From: Kiloniellaceae bacterium
GTDB taxonomy: Bacteria; Pseudomonadota; Alphaproteobacteria; Kiloniellales; J153
Direction: 5' to 3'
NCBI GenBank assembly: GCA_021776115.1
Contig: JAJFGN010000063.1
Span: 18,375-82,374, forward strand
DNA length: 64,000 bases
Shown: positions 16,559-27,858 of the stretch, one piece after another
Layout: every line of letters begins with the position of its first letter
Numbering within the stretch: the first letter of the stretch is position 1
Program-made: the position numbers and the translations under genes
The notes under the pieces: generated by a model
What the model saw: only the letters and a program-made list of their open reading frames with translations
The model's database searches: none
What the model was told of the DNA's origin: nothing

Positions 16559-17779
16559 ATGCCGGGGCCGCTCGAAGGTTTCAGGATCATCGACCTCACG
16601 GCCATGGTGTCGGGCCCGCTTGCGACCATGATCCTGGCCGATCAGGGCGCGGACGTGATCAAGGTCGAAAACCCGCGCGGCGGGGACTATACCCGTGCGG
16701 TCTCGAACCGGCGGGGCGGCTTGTCGGCCTCCTTCCTGAACAACAATCGCAACAAACGCTCGGTGGCCCTCAATTTGAAGGACCCGCGCGGTCTCGACCT
16801 CCTGACGCGGCTCGCCGCCGGGGCGGACGTCTTCGTGCAGAATTTTCGCCCCGGCGTCGTGGATCGCATGGGTATCGGCGAAGCGGCGATTCGCAAGATC
16901 GCGCCGGACATCGTCTATGTATCGATCAGCGGGTTCGGCGACAGCGGTCCTTACGCCGGGAAACCTGTCTACGATCCCTTGGTTCAGGCGCTTTCCGGGC
17001 TGACCACGATCCAGGGCGGATCGGACCAGTTGCGCCCACGGTTGGTGCGCACGATTCTGCCCGACAAGCTGACCGGGTTTACCGCGGCGCAGGCGATCAC
17101 CGCCGCCCTCCTCGCGCGACTGCGGACCGGAAAGGGACAGCACGTTCGCCTTTCGATGCTCGATACCATTGTCTCGTTTCTTTGGAGCTCCGACATGGGC
17201 AGCCAGACCTTTGTCGGCCATGAGTTCCCGCAGGAGCAGGCGCAGAGCTTTATCGACCTCATCTACGAGACCGCCGACGGTCACATCAGCGTCGCGGTCC
17301 AGTCCGACAAGGAATGGGCGGGTTTGACGCGCGCCCTCGACCGGCCCGAGTGGCTTGAGGACGCCCGCTTCAAGACCGCGGCGGTGCGGCACCACAATGT
17401 CGACGAGCGGTTAAACCTGACCCAGGAGGTCCTGCGCACGCGCAACTCGGCCGAGTGGCTGGCCCGCCTCGAAGCGGCGGACGTCCCTTGCGCGCCGGTC
17501 CTGCGCCGCAGCGAGGTGATCGGCCATCCGCAAATCGAGGCGAACGAGATCGTGGTCGAGACCGATCATCCCCACGCCGGGAAGCTGCGCCAGGCCCGGC
17601 ATGCGCCGCGATTCTCGGAAACGCCGGCGCAACATCGCCAAGGCGCGCCCCTTTTGGGGGAGCACACCCGTGCGATCTTGAGCGAAGCCGGGGTTACCGA
17701 CAGCGAATTGCGCGCCCTCGCGGCCGAGGCTGTGATTGGCTTAGGCGAAAGTGGGGGTCTGGGCGAAGGAGGGACGTGA
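16559..17779 (+). CDS. CaiB/BaiF family CoA transferase
   Basis: PLEGFRIIDLT..SGP..LADQGADVIKVE, NRNKRS, QNFRPG, APLLGEHT. Confidence 0.9.
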   Translation: MPGPLEGFRIIDLTAMVSGPLATMILADQGADVIKVENPRGGDYTRAVSNRRGGLSASFLNNNRNKRSVALNLKDPRGLDLLTRLAAGADVFVQNFRPGVVDRMGIGEAAIRKIAPDIVYVSISGFGDSGPYAGKPVYDPLVQALSGLTTIQGGSDQLRPRLVRTILPDKLTGFTAAQAITAALLARLRTGKGQHVRLSMLDTIVSFLWSSDMGSQTFVGHEFPQEQAQSFIDLIYETADGHISVAVQSDKEWAGLTRALDRPEWLEDARFKTAAVRHHNVDERLNLTQEVLRTRNSAEWLARLEAADVPCAPVLRRSEVIGHPQIEANEIVVETDHPHAGKLRQARHAPRFSETPAQHRQGAPLLGEHTRAILSEAGVTDSELRALAAEAVIGLGESGGLGEGGT

Positions 17780-18489
17780 CCGTGATCGATTTCTATTACT
17801 GGCCGACCCCTAACGGCTGGAAGGTCGCCATCATGCTGGAGGAGTGCGGCCTCCCCTACAAGACGATCCCGGTCAACATCGGCGCGGGCGAGCAATTCAA
17901 ACCAGAATTTCTGGCGATCAGCCCCAACCATCGCATGCCGGCGATCGTCGATCGTGACGTTGATGGCGACCCTGTGCCGGTCTTCGAATCGGGCGCGATC
18001 CTTTTCTATCTGGCCGAAAAGACGGGGAAATTCATCCCGCCCGATCCGCTCGGGCGTAAGGAGGCGCTCGAATGGTTGTTCTGGCAGGTCGGCAATCAAG
18101 GGCCGATGGCGGGGCAGCTAAGCCATTTCGTCAACTACGCCCCGGGTGACGAAGCTTACGCGAAAGAACGCTACGGCAAGGAGTACGACCGCTGTCTGGG
18201 CGTGCTCGAACGCCGCCTCAAGGACCGGCCTTTCATTCTTGGCGACGACTACAGCGTGGCCGACATAATTTCTTGGCCTTGGGTTCTTATCGCGAAGCCC
18301 TTGGGCCAGTCGCTCGACGACTTTCCGAGGGTTTCCGCGTGGCGCCAAAGCATCAAGGCGCGGCCGGCCGTGCAACGGGGTGTCGATTTGGGCAAAGAAC
18401 ACCGCCGCTCCGCCCCACCGAGCGAGGCGGAGCGCAAAGTCCTATTCAATCAGAGTGCCGGTACGGTCAGAGACCTGAGCGGCGGCTGA
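17776..18489 (+). CDS. Glutathione S-transferase, Nu class (YfcG/YghU-like)
   Basis: YWPTPNGWK, ISPN.RMPAI, FESGAIL.YLAEK, YSVADI; GTGA overlap with upstream gene. Confidence 0.9.
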   Translation: MTVIDFYYWPTPNGWKVAIMLEECGLPYKTIPVNIGAGEQFKPEFLAISPNHRMPAIVDRDVDGDPVPVFESGAILFYLAEKTGKFIPPDPLGRKEALEWLFWQVGNQGPMAGQLSHFVNYAPGDEAYAKERYGKEYDRCLGVLERRLKDRPFILGDDYSVADIISWPWVLIAKPLGQSLDDFPRVSAWRQSIKARPAVQRGVDLGKEHRRSAPPSEAERKVLFNQSAGTVRDLSGG

Positions 18490-18498
18490 GCGCGTTCC

Positions 18499-19932
18499 TT
18501 ACGCGGCGGTGCCGCCGACGGTCAGGTTGTCGATCAGCAGGCTCGGCTGGCCGACGCCCACCGGGACGCCCTGGCCTTCCTTACCGCAAGTGCCGATGCC
18601 GCTGTCCAGCTTCATATCGTTGCCGATCATGGAAACCCGCGTCAGGACGTCCGGGCCGTTGCCGATCAAGGTCGCGCCCTTGACCGCGGCGCCGAGTTTG
18701 CCGTTCTCGACCAGATAGGCCTCGGTGCAGGAAAAAACGAACTTGCCCGAGGTGATATCGACCTGACCGCCGCCGAAATTGACGGCATAGAGGCCCTTCT
18801 TGACCGAGGCGAGGATTTCCGCCGGATCCTTGTCGCCGGCCAGCATGCAGGTGTTGGTCATGCGCGGCATCGGGATGTGGGCGTAAGACTGGCGCCGGCC
18901 ATTGCCGGTCGGCTTCATACCCATGAGGCGGGCGTTCTGCCGGTCCTGCATATAGCCGACCAACTTGCCGTCCTCGATCAGGGTGGTGCACTGGCTGGGC
19001 GTGCCCTCGTCGTCGATGCTCAGCGAACCGCGCCGGTCCATAATGGTGCCGTCGTCGACGACGGTGACGCCGGGCGAAGCGACTTTCTCCCCCATCAGGC
19101 CGGCGAAGGCCGAGGTCTTTTTGCGGTTGAAATCGCCCTCCAGGCCGTGGCCGATGGCTTCGTGCAGCAGGATTCCAGGCCAGCCCGGCCCCAGAACGAC
19201 CGGCATCTCCCCGGCCGGGGCGGGCACCGAATCCAGATTGACCAAGGCCTGGCGCAGGGCCTCGTCGACCGCACCGCGCCAATAAGCGGCGTCGATCAGG
19301 GTGTCGTAGGCGATTCGCCCGCCGCCGCCGAAGCTGCCGGTTTCCTGGCGATCGGCTTCCTCGACGACGATCGACACGTTCAGGCGCACCAGGGGGCGGA
19401 TATCGGCGCCGCGTTCGCCGCCCGCGCGCAAGATCTGCACCGCCTGCCACTCGCCGGCCAGGGACGCCGAGACCTGACGCACGCGCGGGTCGAGACCGCG
19501 GCCGTAGGCGTCGATATCGGCCAGCACCTTGACCTTGGTGTCGAAGGGGACCGCGCCCAAGGGGTTCAGATCGGTATAAAGGGTTCGATTGGTTCCCACC
19601 GGCCCCGCCGCCATGGCGCCGCCGCGGCCCGCGTGGACCGTTTGCACCGTCTGAGCCGCGCGCCGGATGGCCTCTTCGGATAAGTCGCTGGCGTGGGCAT
19701 AACCGGCGGCTTCGTCCGCGATGCCGCGCAGGCCGAAACCTTGGGCGGTATCGAAACTGGCGCTTTTCAACCGGCCGTCGTCGTAACTCAGGCCCTCGGA
19801 CTGGCAATATTCCAGATAGAGCTCGCCGTCGTCCGCGCCGCTCAAAGTCTCGTCGACTAGGCGTTGGGTCCGGCTCAGGTCCAGCCCGGCCTTGTTGAAA
19901 AATAGATCGTCCGTCGCGGCGATATGGGACAT
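18499..19932 (-). CDS. tldD: TldD metalloprotease
   Basis: GPGWPGILLHEAIGHGLEGDFNRK, GTCGKEGQGVPVGVGQP. Confidence 0.95.
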   Translation of the reverse strand: MSHIAATDDLFFNKAGLDLSRTQRLVDETLSGADDGELYLEYCQSEGLSYDDGRLKSASFDTAQGFGLRGIADEAAGYAHASDLSEEAIRRAAQTVQTVHAGRGGAMAAGPVGTNRTLYTDLNPLGAVPFDTKVKVLADIDAYGRGLDPRVRQVSASLAGEWQAVQILRAGGERGADIRPLVRLNVSIVVEEADRQETGSFGGGGRIAYDTLIDAAYWRGAVDEALRQALVNLDSVPAPAGEMPVVLGPGWPGILLHEAIGHGLEGDFNRKKTSAFAGLMGEKVASPGVTVVDDGTIMDRRGSLSIDDEGTPSQCTTLIEDGKLVGYMQDRQNARLMGMKPTGNGRRQSYAHIPMPRMTNTCMLAGDKDPAEILASVKKGLYAVNFGGGQVDITSGKFVFSCTEAYLVENGKLGAAVKGATLIGNGPDVLTRVSMIGNDMKLDSGIGTCGKEGQGVPVGVGQPSLLIDNLTVGGTAA

Positions 19933-20059
19933 GCGGGCTCCCTCGGCTTGAAATGGCAGGCTTGAAAAGGCGTCGTCGCGTCTGTCATAGCTCATATGGG
20001 GCCACGCGAGGCACAATAAAACGTAAAGGCCCCGCCAAGGGGAATGGGAAATCGAAGCC

Positions 20060-21385
20060 ATGCCTAGCGGCCTTAGCGATCATCCGTTGCGCCATGCGCT
20101 TAGCGAGGAGTTGCACGCGCGGCCTTTCGCCAGGCTCCAGGCGCCGCGGCGCGCGACCCACTTGGCTCTGCTCTCGGGCGAAAACGCGGCCGCGGCCGAC
20201 CGGCGCCATGTCGCGGCCTTATGCCAGCGATTCGGCGCCCCGCCGCCGGCGGACACGGATACCCATTTCATGGCCGATTTGGGCGCGTTTCAGCTCAAGT
20301 GGGAACGCCATACCGAGTTCTCCACCTACACTTTCTTCGTGACCCCGGACGAGGCCCCGAGTCCGGGATCGCGGGACGTCTTCGAGACCAAGGGCCTTGC
20401 CGAGGTGCCACGCGATTGGCTCGAGGCGCTTTCGGGCGAGTTGCTGGTGGGGGTTCACCTGAGCCTTATGCCGAGAGACGAAGCCGTGCCGGGCACCGAC
20501 GAGATCGCGCGGGCCTTCGGCACCGGCAATCTTGCCGGCAGCATGGCGTCCGGCGAGGCCGCGGCGGTGTTCGTGGACTTCCGCATCCACGCCGACGGCT
20601 TTGGCCGAATCCTGGTTCACGACCGGCACCTGCAGCCGCGCCAGGCGGGGCGCTTGGTCCAGCGCCTCTTCGAGATCGAGACCTATCGGGCCATGGCTCT
20701 TCTGGCCCTGCCGGTCGCCCGGCAATACGGCCGGGATTTGACCGACGCCGGCGACCGGCTGAGCGACATGACCGGGCGCATGGCGGCGATGGGCGGTTTG
20801 GAAGACGAGCGCAAACTGCTCGCGGCGCTGACGGACCTTTCGGCCGAGGTCGAACGAATCGCCGCGGCCGCGAGCTATCGTTTCGGCGCGGCGCGGGCCT
20901 ACTACGCGCTGGTGCGCCGCCGGGTCGAGGAATTGCGCGAGGTCCGGGTCGAGGGTCTACAGACAATTCATGAATTCCTGGAACGCCGCCTGGCGCCCGC
21001 GATGCGGACCTGCGAAGCAACCGCCGAGCGCCTCGACACCTTGTCCGGCCGCCTGTCTCGTACCGGCGATCTCTTGCGGACTCGTGTCGATATTCAGCTG
21101 GAATCGCAAAATAGCGCCCTTTTGCGCTCCATGGATCGCCGCGCGCGCCTGCAACTGCGCCTGCAGCAAACCGTGGAGGGGCTCTCGGTCGCGGCGATCA
21201 GCTACTACTTGGTCGGTCTCATATCCTATGCCGCAAAAGCTGGAAAATCGGCCGGTCTTCCGGTGAACCCCGATCTCTTGACGGGGCTCTCGGTGCCGGT
21301 AGTTGTGGCCGTCTTGGCGGCCGGCGTGTGGCGTTTGAGGCGGAAGCTGAAGCACGAGGAGCAGGACCAGGCCCAAGAAGATTGA
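20060..21385 (+). CDS. DUF3422 family membrane-anchored protein
   Basis: HPLR..L.EELHARPF, KWERHTEFSTY, QLRLQQTVEGLSVAAISYY. Confidence 0.85.
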   Translation: MPSGLSDHPLRHALSEELHARPFARLQAPRRATHLALLSGENAAAADRRHVAALCQRFGAPPPADTDTHFMADLGAFQLKWERHTEFSTYTFFVTPDEAPSPGSRDVFETKGLAEVPRDWLEALSGELLVGVHLSLMPRDEAVPGTDEIARAFGTGNLAGSMASGEAAAVFVDFRIHADGFGRILVHDRHLQPRQAGRLVQRLFEIETYRAMALLALPVARQYGRDLTDAGDRLSDMTGRMAAMGGLEDERKLLAALTDLSAEVERIAAAASYRFGAARAYYALVRRRVEELREVRVEGLQTIHEFLERRLAPAMRTCEATAERLDTLSGRLSRTGDLLRTRVDIQLESQNSALLRSMDRRARLQLRLQQTVEGLSVAAISYYLVGLISYAAKAGKSAGLPVNPDLLTGLSVPVVVAVLAAGVWRLRRKLKHEEQDQAQED

Positions 21386-21551
21386 TTGTCACTCGCAAAA
21401 AATCCTGCGCCGAAGGCGTGAAGCCCGGTTGATTTTGGGAGGCTCCAAATGCAGTCACGCTCTTGTGAGCCTGCGGGACTGTTGCTATAGGTGCGGCGCG
21501 CTGCCCTCGATTCGGGTGCGCCGGGCGATCGTGAGACGGGGAACAAACGAC

Positions 21552-22397
21552 ATGAACAAACTGCAGCGAATGGGTGCTTTCCTTTTCGCCACCTTGACCG
21601 GTGTGGGCGTCACCTTCAGCGCCTGGGCCGCCGGACCTCGCGACTGGCAGATGGGGCTTCGCGAGCCGGCGTCTACGACCATGGAGCGGATCGACGACTT
21701 CCATAACCTGCTTCTGATCACCATTACGCTGATCACGGTCTTCGTCTTGGTGTTGCTGCTATACGTTATGTACCGTTTCTCGGAGAAGCGGAATCCGACG
21801 CCGTCCAAGACCACGCACAACACGGTGCTGGAAGTGCTGTGGACCGCAGTTCCCGTCATCATCCTGGTTGTGATCGCGATTCCCTCGTTCAAGTTGCTCT
21901 ATTTCGCCGATCGGGTCGAAGAAGCCGACATGACGATCAAGGCGATCGGCCGGCAGTGGTATTGGAGTTACGAATACCCGGACTACGGCAACTTCACCTT
22001 CGATGCGACGATGGTCGACGAAGAAGATCTGGAAGATGGGCAGAAACGTTTGCTGGAAACCGACAACTACGTCGTTCTGCCCGTCGACACCAAGATTCGG
22101 ATTTTGATTACCGCGAGCGATGTCCTGCACAGCTTCTCCCTGCCGGCGATGGGTATAAAGCTCGACGCCGTGCCGGGGCGTCTTAACGAGACCTGGGTTG
22201 AAATCACCCGCGAGGGTACTTTTTACGGTCAGTGCTCGGAAATTTGCGGCACCGGCCATTCCTACATGCCGATCGCGGTCAAGGCCGTCTCCAAGGAAGC
22301 CTTTGCCGAATGGGTCGAAGGAGCAAAAGAGGAGTTCGCGCGGGCCGATCAACCCGCCAAAGAACGCCGCCTGGCGCAAGCGCCGCAAGCCCAGTAG
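21552..22397 (+). CDS. coxB: Cytochrome c oxidase subunit II
   Basis: QWYWSYEY, DVLHS, CuA motif GQCSEICGTGHSYMP. Confidence 0.97.
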   Translation: MNKLQRMGAFLFATLTGVGVTFSAWAAGPRDWQMGLREPASTTMERIDDFHNLLLITITLITVFVLVLLLYVMYRFSEKRNPTPSKTTHNTVLEVLWTAVPVIILVVIAIPSFKLLYFADRVEEADMTIKAIGRQWYWSYEYPDYGNFTFDATMVDEEDLEDGQKRLLETDNYVVLPVDTKIRILITASDVLHSFSLPAMGIKLDAVPGRLNETWVEITREGTFYGQCSEICGTGHSYMPIAVKAVSKEAFAEWVEGAKEEFARADQPAKERRLAQAPQAQ

Positions 22398-22416
22398 CTC
22401 GAAGAGGATTTTTTAG

Positions 22417-24033
<1,617 letters not shown>

Positions 24034-24101
24034 TCCGCCGTGCCGTCCCTTCGCGGCGAAGGGGGGACCGGCACCTGGGCAATGTATGAGACCGAGGACC
24101 C

Positions 24102-25061
24102 GTGACCGACACTTCCTTGAGCTTGACCCGGACCCAAGAAGCCGCCTTCGCGAGCGAAGGCGCGGGTGTTAGAGATTATCTGGCGCTCTTGAAGCCGCGA
24201 GTCATGTCGCTGGTGGTCTTTACCGGCTTTGCGGGCTTGATCGCCGCGCCCGGATCGATGCATCCCTTGCTGGCGGCGGTCGCGGTGCTGTGCATCGCCG
24301 TCGGCGCCGGGGCGGCGGGCGCCATCAACATGTGGTACGACCGCGATATCGACGCGATCATGGAGCGCACGCGCGGGCGTCCGATCCCGAGCGGGCGCAT
24401 GGAACCGGCCGAGGCGCTTGCCTTCGGCGTTACCTTGTCGCTTTTTTCCGTCATGCTGATGGGCTTGGCGGTCAATTGGGTCGCGGCCGGTCTCCTGGCT
24501 CTCGCCAACGCCTTTTACGTCTTCGTCTACACTATCTGGCTCAAACGCCGCACGCCGCAGAACATCGTGATCGGCGGCGCCGCCGGCGCCTTTCCGCCCA
24601 TGATCGGCTGGGCCGCCGTGACCGGTGCGGTCGAGCTCGAATCGATCGCCTTGTTCCTGATTATCTTCATGTGGACGCCGCCCCATTTTTGGGCTCTGGC
24701 GCTGTACCGGGCCGGCGACTATGCCGCCGCCGGCGTGCCCATGCTGCCGGTGGTCGCCGGGCAAGCGGTCACCCGCAGGCAGATCGTTATCTACGCCGTT
24801 TTACTCGCGCCCCTGGCGCTGGCGCCGACGGTGCTGGGCTTCGCCGGTTGGCTTTATGCCGCGATCGCGGGGCTCATGGGATTGGCCTTTATTGCCCTGG
24901 CGGTTCAGGTTTGGCGCGATACCGGAGAGCGCGCCGCGCGGCGTCTGTTCGGTTTCTCAATTCTTTATCTGTTTGTGCTCTTTGCAGCTTTGATCGCGGA
25001 GCAGGCGCTGGTCCCGCATTTTGTGCACCTGGCCGGCGTCGCCTTAGGGCTGTGGGGGTGA
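24102..25061 (+). CDS. ctaB: Protoheme IX farnesyltransferase
   Basis: [46 protein letters not shown]. Confidence 0.95.
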   Translation: MTDTSLSLTRTQEAAFASEGAGVRDYLALLKPRVMSLVVFTGFAGLIAAPGSMHPLLAAVAVLCIAVGAGAAGAINMWYDRDIDAIMERTRGRPIPSGRMEPAEALAFGVTLSLFSVMLMGLAVNWVAAGLLALANAFYVFVYTIWLKRRTPQNIVIGGAAGAFPPMIGWAAVTGAVELESIALFLIIFMWTPPHFWALALYRAGDYAAAGVPMLPVVAGQAVTRRQIVIYAVLLAPLALAPTVLGFAGWLYAAIAGLMGLAFIALAVQVWRDTGERAARRLFGFSILYLFVLFAALIAEQALVPHFVHLAGVALGLWG

Positions 25062-25066
25062 GGACG

Positions 25067-25198
25067 GTGGCGAAACGCGAGCCGCGCAGCGAGGTGCACC
25101 GCAAACAGCGGACGAAGAACCTCGCGCTCTTTGCCGTGTTGGTAGGATTGATCGTACTCATCTATCTGATCACTCTCGTGCGCTTGGGCGGGGCCTGA
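25067..25198 (+). CDS. Small cox-operon membrane protein (43 aa)
   Basis: VAKREPRSEVHRKQRTKNLALFAVLVGLIVLIYLITLVRLGGA; GAGG upstream; usual position between ctaB and ctaG. Confidence 0.75.
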   Translation: MAKREPRSEVHRKQRTKNLALFAVLVGLIVLIYLITLVRLGGA

Positions 25199-25201
25199 AG
25201 C

Positions 25202-25822
25202 ATGGCGCAAGCCAAGCGAACAACAAGCAGGAACGCGCGCACCGCCATGGTGTTGTCGGCGGTTGTCGTAGGCATGGTCGGTCTGTCCTTCGCGTCGGTT
25301 CCGCTGTATCGCATTTTTTGCCAGGTGACGGGTTACGGCGGCACCACCCAGGTCGCCGAGAATTTGCCCGGCGCCTCCACGTCGGAGTCGGACCGGGTTA
25401 TCGAGGTGCGCTTCAACGCGGATGTCGATCCCAGCCTGCCCTGGAGCTTTCAGCCGGTGCAGCGGTCTCTCTTCGTGCGGGTCGGTGAGCCGGGCCTCGC
25501 CTTCTACCGGGCCCGAAACTTGAGCGACCGTCCGGTCGTGGGCAGCGCGACCTTCAATGTGACGCCGTTGAAGACCGGGGAATATTTCACCAAGGTCCAG
25601 TGCTTCTGTTTCGACGAACAGAAGTTGGAGCCGGGACAGGAAGTCGATATGGCGGTCAGCTTCTATATCGATCCCGAAATTCTCGAAGACCGTAACGTGG
25701 ACGAAGTGAAGGCTATCACGCTGTCCTACACTTTTTTCCGCCAAACGGACGAGGAGTCGGAGGGCACAAAGAACAGCACCCAACTGACCCTGCGAACGGC
25801 GCCGGCAAAGACACTGAATTAG
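25202..25822 (+). CDS. ctaG: Cytochrome c oxidase assembly protein Cox11
   Basis: [22 protein letters not shown]. Confidence 0.95.
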   Translation: MAQAKRTTSRNARTAMVLSAVVVGMVGLSFASVPLYRIFCQVTGYGGTTQVAENLPGASTSESDRVIEVRFNADVDPSLPWSFQPVQRSLFVRVGEPGLAFYRARNLSDRPVVGSATFNVTPLKTGEYFTKVQCFCFDEQKLEPGQEVDMAVSFYIDPEILEDRNVDEVKAITLSYTFFRQTDEESEGTKNSTQLTLRTAPAKTLN

Positions 25823-25847
25823 CAAGACACGCGATAAGAGGGAACTC

Positions 25848-26648
25848 ATGACCGAAGCTCACGGCCACGCGCAAAATCATCCTTATCACTTGGTCGATCC
25901 CAGTCCTTGGCCGCTGGTTGGCGCTTTCGCCGCCGGCACGCTTGCGGTTGGGGCCGTGCTCTACATGCACGAGATCACCGGCTGGCTCATTCCTATTGGC
26001 TTCGTGCTGGTCCTTCTGACCATGTTCCTGTGGTGGCGCGACGTGGTCCGCGAGGCGCAGGTCGAAGGCCATCACACCCCGATCGTGCAAATCGGCCTGC
26101 GCTACGGCATGGCGCTGTTCATCGCCTCGGAGGTGATGTTTTTCGCGGCCTTTTTCTGGGCCTTTTTCGATGCCTCGCTTTATCCGAAAGAGGCGACCGG
26201 GTTCCAGTGGCCGCCCCAAGGGATCGAACCCTTCAATCCCTTCGAGATTCCCTTGCTCAATACCCTGATTCTTTTGCTTTCGGGCGTAACCGTGACCTGG
26301 GCCCATCACGCCCTGCGCGTGGACGACCGGCGCAACCTGGTGCGCGGGCTCGCGATCACGGTCGCTCTGGGCATTTTGTTCACCGGCTTTCAGGCTTATG
26401 AGTACAGCCACGCGGCCTTCAACTTCACCGACGGCATTTACCCCTCGACCTTTTTCATGGCAACCGGGTTCCACGGATTCCACGTCATTATCGGGACCTG
26501 CTTCCTGATCGTGTGTCTGATCCGGGCCAAGCGCGGGCATTTCACGCCGGAGCAGCATTTCGGCTTCGAGGCCGCGGCTTGGTACTGGCACTTTGTCGAC
26601 GTGGTCTGGCTGTTCCTGTTCACAAGCGTTTACATTTGGGGCTCGTAA
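25848..26648 (+). CDS. coxC: Cytochrome c oxidase subunit III
   Basis: [31 protein letters not shown]. Confidence 0.97.
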   Translation: MTEAHGHAQNHPYHLVDPSPWPLVGAFAAGTLAVGAVLYMHEITGWLIPIGFVLVLLTMFLWWRDVVREAQVEGHHTPIVQIGLRYGMALFIASEVMFFAAFFWAFFDASLYPKEATGFQWPPQGIEPFNPFEIPLLNTLILLLSGVTVTWAHHALRVDDRRNLVRGLAITVALGILFTGFQAYEYSHAAFNFTDGIYPSTFFMATGFHGFHVIIGTCFLIVCLIRAKRGHFTPEQHFGFEAAAWYWHFVDVVWLFLFTSVYIWGS

Positions 26649-26717
26649 GTCGAGGGGGGGGGGGGCGCGGCGATACCGCCCGGCCCCAACCGAAGCAAGG
26701 CCCACCGAACGCAGGAG

Positions 26718-27101
26718 ATGACAGAGCCAGTTTTCTACCCGAACCTTTCGCCCTTCGGCACCGGTTTGTCTTGCCGCTGCCCGCGCTGCGGTAAGGGGCG
26801 TCTCTACAATGGCTTTCTGGAGGTTGCCGAGCGCTGCGCCTCTTGCGGCCTGGATCTCAGAAAGGCCGACAGCGGCGACGGCCCGGCCGTCTTCATCATC
26901 TTCATCCTGGGATTTCTGGTCGTCCCCCTTGCCCTCCTGGTCGAGAGCCGTTTCGAGCCGCCTATGTGGCTGCACCTCACGATCTGGCCGCCGGTCATCC
27001 TGGGGGGCGCGCTGGCGCTGCTGCGGCCCATGAAGGGGGTTATGATCGCGCTTCAGTACCGCCATAAGGCGAGCGATTCCGGCACCGTCGATTACGACTA
27101 G
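26718..27101 (+). CDS. DUF983 family membrane protein
   Basis: RCPRCGKGRLY...C..CG, DGPA, LQYRH. Confidence 0.85.
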   Translation: MTEPVFYPNLSPFGTGLSCRCPRCGKGRLYNGFLEVAERCASCGLDLRKADSGDGPAVFIIFILGFLVVPLALLVESRFEPPMWLHLTIWPPVILGGALALLRPMKGVMIALQYRHKASDSGTVDYD

Positions 27102-27114
27102 TCGAGGCAAAGAC

Positions 27115-27858
27115 ATGGGTGCGTCCGAACGGCGCCGTTTTCGGCCGGGGTTTTGGCCGACGGCCGTGACACTCGCGGCGCTGTCGGTTCTCATCGGCCT
27201 GGGCACCTGGCAGCTTCAGCGCCTTGAGTGGAAGAGCGCGCTGATCGCGGAGATGCAGGCGCGCGGCGTCGCGGCGCCGATTGCTCTACCGGCCGATCCC
27301 TCCGATCCAAGCTTGGAATACACCCCGGTGCGGTTGATTGGGCAGTTTCTGCACGAAAAGGAACTCCATGTTCCGGCGCGCACCCACAACGGCAAGGTGG
27401 GCTTGCACATCGTCACGCCCCTGCGCTTGGACGATGGCCGCACGGTTTTTGTGAACCGTGGCTGGGTTCCGCCAGCGAAGCAGGACCCGGCAACCCGCGC
27501 GGCGGGCCAGGTCGAGGGCCTCGTTACCCTGGATGGCGCGATCCGCCGGGGCGGCTGGGGCGGCATGGAGACGTTCCGGCCGGCAAACCAGCCCGACGAC
27601 AACCTTTGGCTTTGGATGGACCTGCCGGCCATGGCCGCGCACGCGGGTTTGAAGGGCGCCGAAACCCGGGTCTATGTCGCCGCCGGTCCGGCGGCCAACC
27701 CCGGTGGCTATCCGATCGGTGCCCCGACCCGCCTGGATGTCAGCAACAACCACCTGCAATATGCGATCATCTGGTACGCGCTTGCCGCCGCCTTGCTGGT
27801 GATCTACCTCCTGCATCAACGCCGTCCGCCGAAGGACATGTCCCATGAAAGCCTATGA
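27115..27858 (+). CDS. SURF1 family cytochrome oxidase biogenesis protein
   Basis: LGTWQLQRLEWK, VNRGWVP, NNHLQYAIIWY. Confidence 0.93.
   Translation: MGASERRRFRPGFWPTAVTLAALSVLIGLGTWQLQRLEWKSALIAEMQARGVAAPIALPADPSDPSLEYTPVRLIGQFLHEKELHVPARTHNGKVGLHIVTPLRLDDGRTVFVNRGWVPPAKQDPATRAAGQVEGLVTLDGAIRRGGWGGMETFRPANQPDDNLWLWMDLPAMAAHAGLKGAETRVYVAAGPAANPGGYPIGAPTRLDVSNNHLQYAIIWYALAAALLVIYLLHQRRPPKDMSHESL

Noticed and set aside
18499-19932. tldD without adjacent tldE/pmbA as a RiPP-processing clue
   Set aside because: Unlinked tldD near the cox operon is ordinary in Alphaproteobacteria; no precursor peptide or modification genes nearby
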